A DNA stretch of 64,000 bases, from positions 50,422 to 114,421 of the forward strand of contig JAOAJN010000001.1 of NCBI GenBank assembly GCA_026414165.1, written 5' to 3'. The translations under genes were made by a program, and so were the position numbers. The notes under the pieces are model-generated. The model did not search any database and was not told the DNA's origin. It was given only the letters and a program-made list of their open reading frames with translations. The first letter of the stretch is position 1, and each line of letters starts with the position of its first letter. Source of the stretch: Candidatus Methanomethylicaceae archaeon (GTDB lineage: Archaea; Thermoproteota; Methanomethylicia; Methanomethylicales; Methanomethylicaceae). Below, in pieces: positions 59,861 through 64,000 of this stretch.

Positions 59861-60128
59861 GATCTTAATCCGAAGGAACTATTCTTCCTCTTCGGTTGCA
59901 GAATCCATTAAGAATTCAATACAGCCTGACAACATCAACATACCCCGCGACACGACCATAGAACTGAAGTTGTACAAGACCTCGCTGATGATAAAAGTAT
60001 CGTCCAAGGACGACCTCGCATCATTTCTCAGAACCGTGGATGACCTCCTCATATGCCTCCAGGCAGCGGAAACAACAATCCATGAACTCGGGCTAGATGA
60101 TGCTTCACAAACGTTTTCAGACGATTAA
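59841..60128 (+). CDS. pcc1: KEOPS subunit Pcc1-like
   Basis: About 90 aa; SFLRTVDDLLICLQAAETTI resembles the conserved Pcc1 helix (R..N..LR.I.aA); KEOPS neighbourhood. Confidence 0.5.
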   Translation: MKFMLTEILIRRNYSSSSVAESIKNSIQPDNINIPRDTTIELKLYKTSLMIKVSSKDDLASFLRTVDDLLICLQAAETTIHELGLDDASQTFSDD

Positions 60129-60178
60129 AAGCTTATATTATTGTTTTACTTTTCACATTTGTTATCGCGGTGAAATGA

Positions 60179-60829
60179 ATGTCTGAACAGAAGGCACCGG
60201 CAAAACTAAAGGATAAGTGGCGTCAAAAGAAGTGGTATGTGGTAATAGCCCCTGCCGCCTTTGGCAATGTCGAACTTGGCAAAACCTTAGCAGACGATCC
60301 ACAAAAACTGATTGGCAGGGTCCTCGAGACGACACTCTATAACATCACAGAAGACTTTTCTCAACTACACATAAAACTCTACTTTAAGATCGTTAGACTA
60401 GAGGGGGACAAGGCGTATACTATATTCAAGGGACATGACCTTGCTCGCGACTACTTGAGAAGTCTAGTGAGGCGAGGGAGCTCACGCATAGATGGGATCT
60501 ATTCCATAACCTCAAAAGACGGGTATCGGATGAGGATTGGTATTTTGGCCATCTCTACGGTCAGGACTAAGAGTTCACAAAAGCATGCCATTAGAAGGAT
60601 AATGGAAGAGACTGTGAGGAAAAAGGATGGGCAGCTCCTCTATGACGAACTTGCTCAACAACTAGTCCTTGGCAAAATCGCCTCTGAGATTTATAACGCT
60701 GCCAAATCTGTTTATCCCTTAAGAAAGATTGAAGTGAGGAAAAGCGAACTCGTGTCGGTGGAAGTGCCTGCGCCCGCCCCTACTTCTTCCCCCGCCCCTC
60801 CCGCTGCTGAACCTGCTACAACTCAATGA
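60179..60829 (+). CDS. rps3ae: 30S ribosomal protein S3Ae (eS1) with a Pro/Ala-rich C-terminal tail
   Basis: KDKWRQKKWYVVIAP N-terminus typical of S3Ae; tail VPAPAPTSSPAPPAAEPATTQ. Confidence 0.9.
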   Translation: MSEQKAPAKLKDKWRQKKWYVVIAPAAFGNVELGKTLADDPQKLIGRVLETTLYNITEDFSQLHIKLYFKIVRLEGDKAYTIFKGHDLARDYLRSLVRRGSSRIDGIYSITSKDGYRMRIGILAISTVRTKSSQKHAIRRIMEETVRKKDGQLLYDELAQQLVLGKIASEIYNAAKSVYPLRKIEVRKSELVSVEVPAPAPTSSPAPPAAEPATTQ

Positions 60830-60862
60830 AAGTGTTTTTATCAACTTACTCCCACATCATTA

Positions 60863-62224
60863 TTGTGGGATTGCTTGATGCATAGGCTAGTGAGTAGTTC
60901 AGGTATACGCGGTCTAGCCATTAAAGAGGTCTCTCCCGATCTCTGCTTGAGAGTGGGGCTGTCTCTCTCCGCTCAGAATAGGGGAGAATATGTAGTTGGT
61001 CACGATGTCCGTCTATCATCTCCTCTCCTCGCAAACTTGTTAATGGATGGACTGAATGCGGGAGGGTCAGACTCGATATTTTTGGGACTATCCCCAACAC
61101 CTGCTGTTGCTTACTACTCAAGACTCTTTTCAGGCGGTGTGGCGATCACCGCTAGCCATAATCCTCCAGAATATAATGGAATCAAGATCTTTAACAATCG
61201 TGGCGCCTCGGTAACTACATTATTCTATGAACGCCTTCTTTCAGACATCTCCGCCGAATATGCAACATGGGATACATTAGGTTCTAGAAGGAATCAAGAA
61301 GGATTGCATGAGTATTTAGAGTTCCTTTGCTCGATTTCAAAAACAAGGAGAAAGTGGAGGATCGGTATTGACCTTGGTAATGGTGCAACTTGTATCACTG
61401 CCCCCTTAGTGTTTCGCCTCTGTGGACATGAAGTCTTCCCCGTCAACTTGGCACCAGACGGAAAATTCCCTGGGAGAGGACCAGAGCCTAATCCAGAGTC
61501 GCTTAACTCCTTGGCAGAAATGATCAGAAAGAATTCCTTGGATATAGGTTTTGCATATGACGGAGATGGGGACCGTTTGGCGATTTTAGACGAGAATGGA
61601 GTTTTCATATCTCAAGATATCGCACTGGGACAAATGGCAAGGTTCTTCATAAAACAATATGGCGGATCTGTTGTTGTAAATGTTGATTCCTCTTCTATCG
61701 TGGACCTACTAATAAAATCGGAGGGTGGCACCGTCCATAGATCAAAGGTCGGCGACCCATATATACTCGAGGAGATGCTCAAAAGAGGCGCGATATTTGG
61801 AGGGGAGACCTGCGGTGCTTGGATAACCCCTCATCTCCCCTGCCCTGATGGTGTATTGTCATCAATCCTCATTCTGAATCTTCTGGAGTATTTGGATATC
61901 AGACCCTCTCAGCTCAGCTCAGGTCTTCCTAACTTCTTCCTCGAAAGGACGAAAGTAAGATGTCCAAACGAACTAAAACAACTTGTGATGAGGCAACTAA
62001 AGGAATCTCTGCCAGAGATTTATCCTGAGACAGAGCTTTCAGAAATTGATGGTCTTAGGCTATCTTGGCATGACTTTGAATGGGCTTTGATAAGGCCTTC
62101 TGGAACTGAGCCCTTTATTAGAATAACTGCCGAGTCCAAAGAGCAGGTAAAGGCTAAGGAGTTAATTAAATCCATTAAAGATATTTTAAATGAGACTATG
62201 GAGGGTTTAAAACGAGAGCAGTAG
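60863..62224 (+). CDS. glmM: phosphoglucosamine mutase / phosphohexomutase (GlmM-like)
   Basis: TASHNPPEYNGIK active-site Ser motif; FAYDGDGDRL metal-binding loop. Confidence 0.85.
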   Translation: MWDCLMHRLVSSSGIRGLAIKEVSPDLCLRVGLSLSAQNRGEYVVGHDVRLSSPLLANLLMDGLNAGGSDSIFLGLSPTPAVAYYSRLFSGGVAITASHNPPEYNGIKIFNNRGASVTTLFYERLLSDISAEYATWDTLGSRRNQEGLHEYLEFLCSISKTRRKWRIGIDLGNGATCITAPLVFRLCGHEVFPVNLAPDGKFPGRGPEPNPESLNSLAEMIRKNSLDIGFAYDGDGDRLAILDENGVFISQDIALGQMARFFIKQYGGSVVVNVDSSSIVDLLIKSEGGTVHRSKVGDPYILEEMLKRGAIFGGETCGAWITPHLPCPDGVLSSILILNLLEYLDIRPSQLSSGLPNFFLERTKVRCPNELKQLVMRQLKESLPEIYPETELSEIDGLRLSWHDFEWALIRPSGTEPFIRITAESKEQVKAKELIKSIKDILNETMEGLKREQ

Positions 62225-63480
62225 TACTTGCCGCAGGAAAAGGCGTCAGGCTTGATCCTTTTACACTCACACGCCCAAAGCACCTTATACCTATAGCTGG
62301 ATCTACTATATTGGAACACTCCCTCCGTTCAATAAAGGTCGCAGGAATAGACGAGGTCATTCTCGTCATACACCACATGAGTGATCTCATCAGGTCTCGC
62401 GTCGGAGACGGGACTAAACTTGGGTTAAATATAACCTACGTAGAGCAGCCAGAATTGATGGGAACAGGAGACGCGCTCCTCAAATGCCGCCCATTGGTTG
62501 AGGACGAGCCATTCTTGCTAGTTTACGGAGATCTTGCCTTCCATCCATCGATACCCAAGGAAATGATCTCTAGCTTCACCCCTGGGTCGAATGTGGTTTT
62601 AGGTGTCCATGTAAGGAACACGAAGGACTTCGGTCATCTGGAGTTAAAAGACAACATTCTCTTGAGAATTCATGAGAAGCCTAAGGAGGGCGGTTCAGGC
62701 ATGGTCAACGGCGGCATCTATGTCCTCGACCGAGAGATCTTCAAATACCTCGAAAGGACTCCAAAGTCAGAACGCGGAGAATTGGAGTTGACCGCCGCTA
62801 TAAACATTGCAATTAAGGAAGGCAAGAATTTTTTGATAATGCCAACAAGTACTGAGAGATGGGTGGATGTGGGGCGACCTTGGGATATACTAGATGCCAA
62901 CAGGATCCTCATGGATGCCCTTTTAAAAGAAAGTAAGTTGGAGGGATCCATCGAGGATGGAGTTCATATACACGGTAACACCATCATAGAAGAGGACGTA
63001 CAGATTCTTTCAGGAACATACATAGAAGGTCCGGTATGGATCTCCCGAGGTTGCAAAGTCGGTCCTAATTGCTATCTGCGACCTTATACTTACCTTTGTC
63101 CCAATGTAAGGGTCGGAAACGCTTGCGAGATCAAAGGTAGCATAATTATGGACGGGACACATATCGGGCACCTCTCATACATAGGAGACAGCGTCATAGG
63201 AGCAGACTGCAACATTGGGGCTGGGACTATTACTGCCAATCTGAGATTTGATGAGCTTCCAATAAAAATTACAGTGAAAGGTGAGAGGATTGACAGTGGC
63301 AAGAGGAAGCTTGGCGCCTTCATCGGAGATCGAGTAAAAACAGGTATTAACGTTAGCCTCTATCCTGGTGTTAAGATAGGAGCGGACAGCTGGATAGCAC
63401 CACATGTTGTGGTTAACAAAGACGTCCCCCCAAATACTCTCCTTGTCCAAAAGTTCGAAGTAGAAGAAAAAAGGAGATAG
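62212..63480 (+). CDS. bifunctional sugar-1-phosphate nucleotidyltransferase/acetyltransferase (GlmU-like, left-handed beta-helix C-terminus); start codon unclear
   Basis: Conserved N-terminus RAVVLAAGKGVRLDPFT...IPIAG lies upstream of the first in-frame ATG/TTG (62311); ACG occupies the expected start at 62212. Confidence 0.7.
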   Translation, partial: TRAVVLAAGKGVRLDPFTLTRPKHLIPIAGSTILEHSLRSIKVAGIDEVILVIHHMSDLIRSRVGDGTKLGLNITYVEQPELMGTGDALLKCRPLVEDEPFLLVYGDLAFHPSIPKEMISSFTPGSNVVLGVHVRNTKDFGHLELKDNILLRIHEKPKEGGSGMVNGGIYVLDREIFKYLERTPKSERGELELTAAINIAIKEGKNFLIMPTSTERWVDVGRPWDILDANRILMDALLKESKLEGSIEDGVHIHGNTIIEEDVQILSGTYIEGPVWISRGCKVGPNCYLRPYTYLCPNVRVGNACEIKGSIIMDGTHIGHLSYIGDSVIGADCNIGAGTITANLRFDELPIKITVKGERIDSGKRKLGAFIGDRVKTGINVSLYPGVKIGADSWIAPHVVVNKDVPPNTLLVQKFEVEEKRR

Positions 63481-63483
63481 TTC

Positions 63484-64000
63484 ATGCAAATAGAGGAGAG
63501 AAATGTAATTCTCAAGGACCATAGAAAAGTCAAACTAAGATTTGCCTTGGCGTATCCGAATATTTACACCGTAGGAATTAGCAACTTAGGAATACGCCTC
63601 ATCTATGAGCTCTTGAATAAGTCAGATGCGATCTTATGTGAGCGTTTCTTCTTTTCCGGTTATGGTATTCAACCAAAAAGTCTAGAGTCCGGCTTACCTT
63701 TGTCTTCATTTGATGTTGTTGGCTTTTCTCTCCAACACGAAATGGACTACCTTCGAATGCTCAACATGCTCTCAACCTCTAATATTCCATTAAGATCCGT
63801 GGAGAGGCGGCGCCCTCTAATAATTGCAGGCGGTCCAGCGGCATCCTCTAACCCTATGCCCCTTTCGCCGTTCGTCGACATTTTCGTAGTAGGAGAGGTC
63901 GAACCTATATTGCCTCAACTATTAGATCTTTTATTATCTGAAGACGCAAAGCACTCGCCAACCCTAACGCCTGGTCTATATCGCCCCGGTAACCCCACAA
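63484..64000 (+). CDS. B12-binding-domain radical SAM protein (TIGR03960-like), 3' partial
   Basis: LRFALAYPNIYTVGISNLGIRLIYELLN N-terminal motif; runs off the window end. Confidence 0.55.
   Translation, partial: MQIEERNVILKDHRKVKLRFALAYPNIYTVGISNLGIRLIYELLNKSDAILCERFFFSGYGIQPKSLESGLPLSSFDVVGFSLQHEMDYLRMLNMLSTSNIPLRSVERRRPLIIAGGPAASSNPMPLSPFVDIFVVGEVEPILPQLLDLLLSEDAKHSPTLTPGLYRPGNPT

Overview
The window is an archaeal (TACK-type, possibly thaumarchaeal) core chromosomal region of about 46% GC. It carries the classic archaeal information-processing super-operon. From the left: L30e (3' end), NusA, S12, S7, EF-1alpha, S10; an intron-containing tRNA-Ser with a divergent archease/RtcB pair; an MBL hydrolase; a PiT/PhoU-like phosphate module; ValRS; a SPOUT (DUF171) methyltransferase. 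The main r-protein operon follows: L3, L4, L23, L2, S19, then L22, S3, L29, Rpp29, S17, L14, L24, S4e, L5, S14, S8, L6, L32e, L19e, L18, S5, L30, L15, SecY, Adk, DUF106, Cmk, Cbf5, and a methyltransferase. After it come a second tRNA with a large unresolved intron and two tandem V4R-domain paralogs, the second split by a frameshift. Next is the S13, S4, S11, RpoD, L18e, L13, S9, RpoN, S2 cluster, then a MEMO-like gene and the isoprenoid cluster (mvk-like, ipk, idi2, idsA). These are followed by GluRS, L7Ae, S28e, L24e, NDK, aIF5B, S6e, eIF2-gamma, a PIN protein, Rpo7, Spt4, DPCK, GDH on the minus strand, S24e, S27a, KEOPS (Kae1, Bud32, Pcc1), ITPase, S15, RecJ/GAN, S3Ae, GlmM-like, GlmU-like and a radical SAM gene running off the end. 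The points worth a second look are: (1) a three-gene cassette inserted between S19 and L22 of the r-protein operon, encoding a secreted protein, a NapH-like membrane polyferredoxin and a small membrane peptide, preceded by paired palindromic direct repeats; (2) an aIF5B gene with an in-frame TAG and a 9-codon insertion in switch I; (3) a degenerate GHMP-kinase-like protein in the mevalonate-kinase slot; (4) a GlmU-like gene with no initiation codon for its conserved N-terminus; (5) low-complexity K/E-rich tails on several r-proteins; (6) a tRNA with a non-canonical insertion. All protein identities are from motif recognition by eye; no database search was possible.
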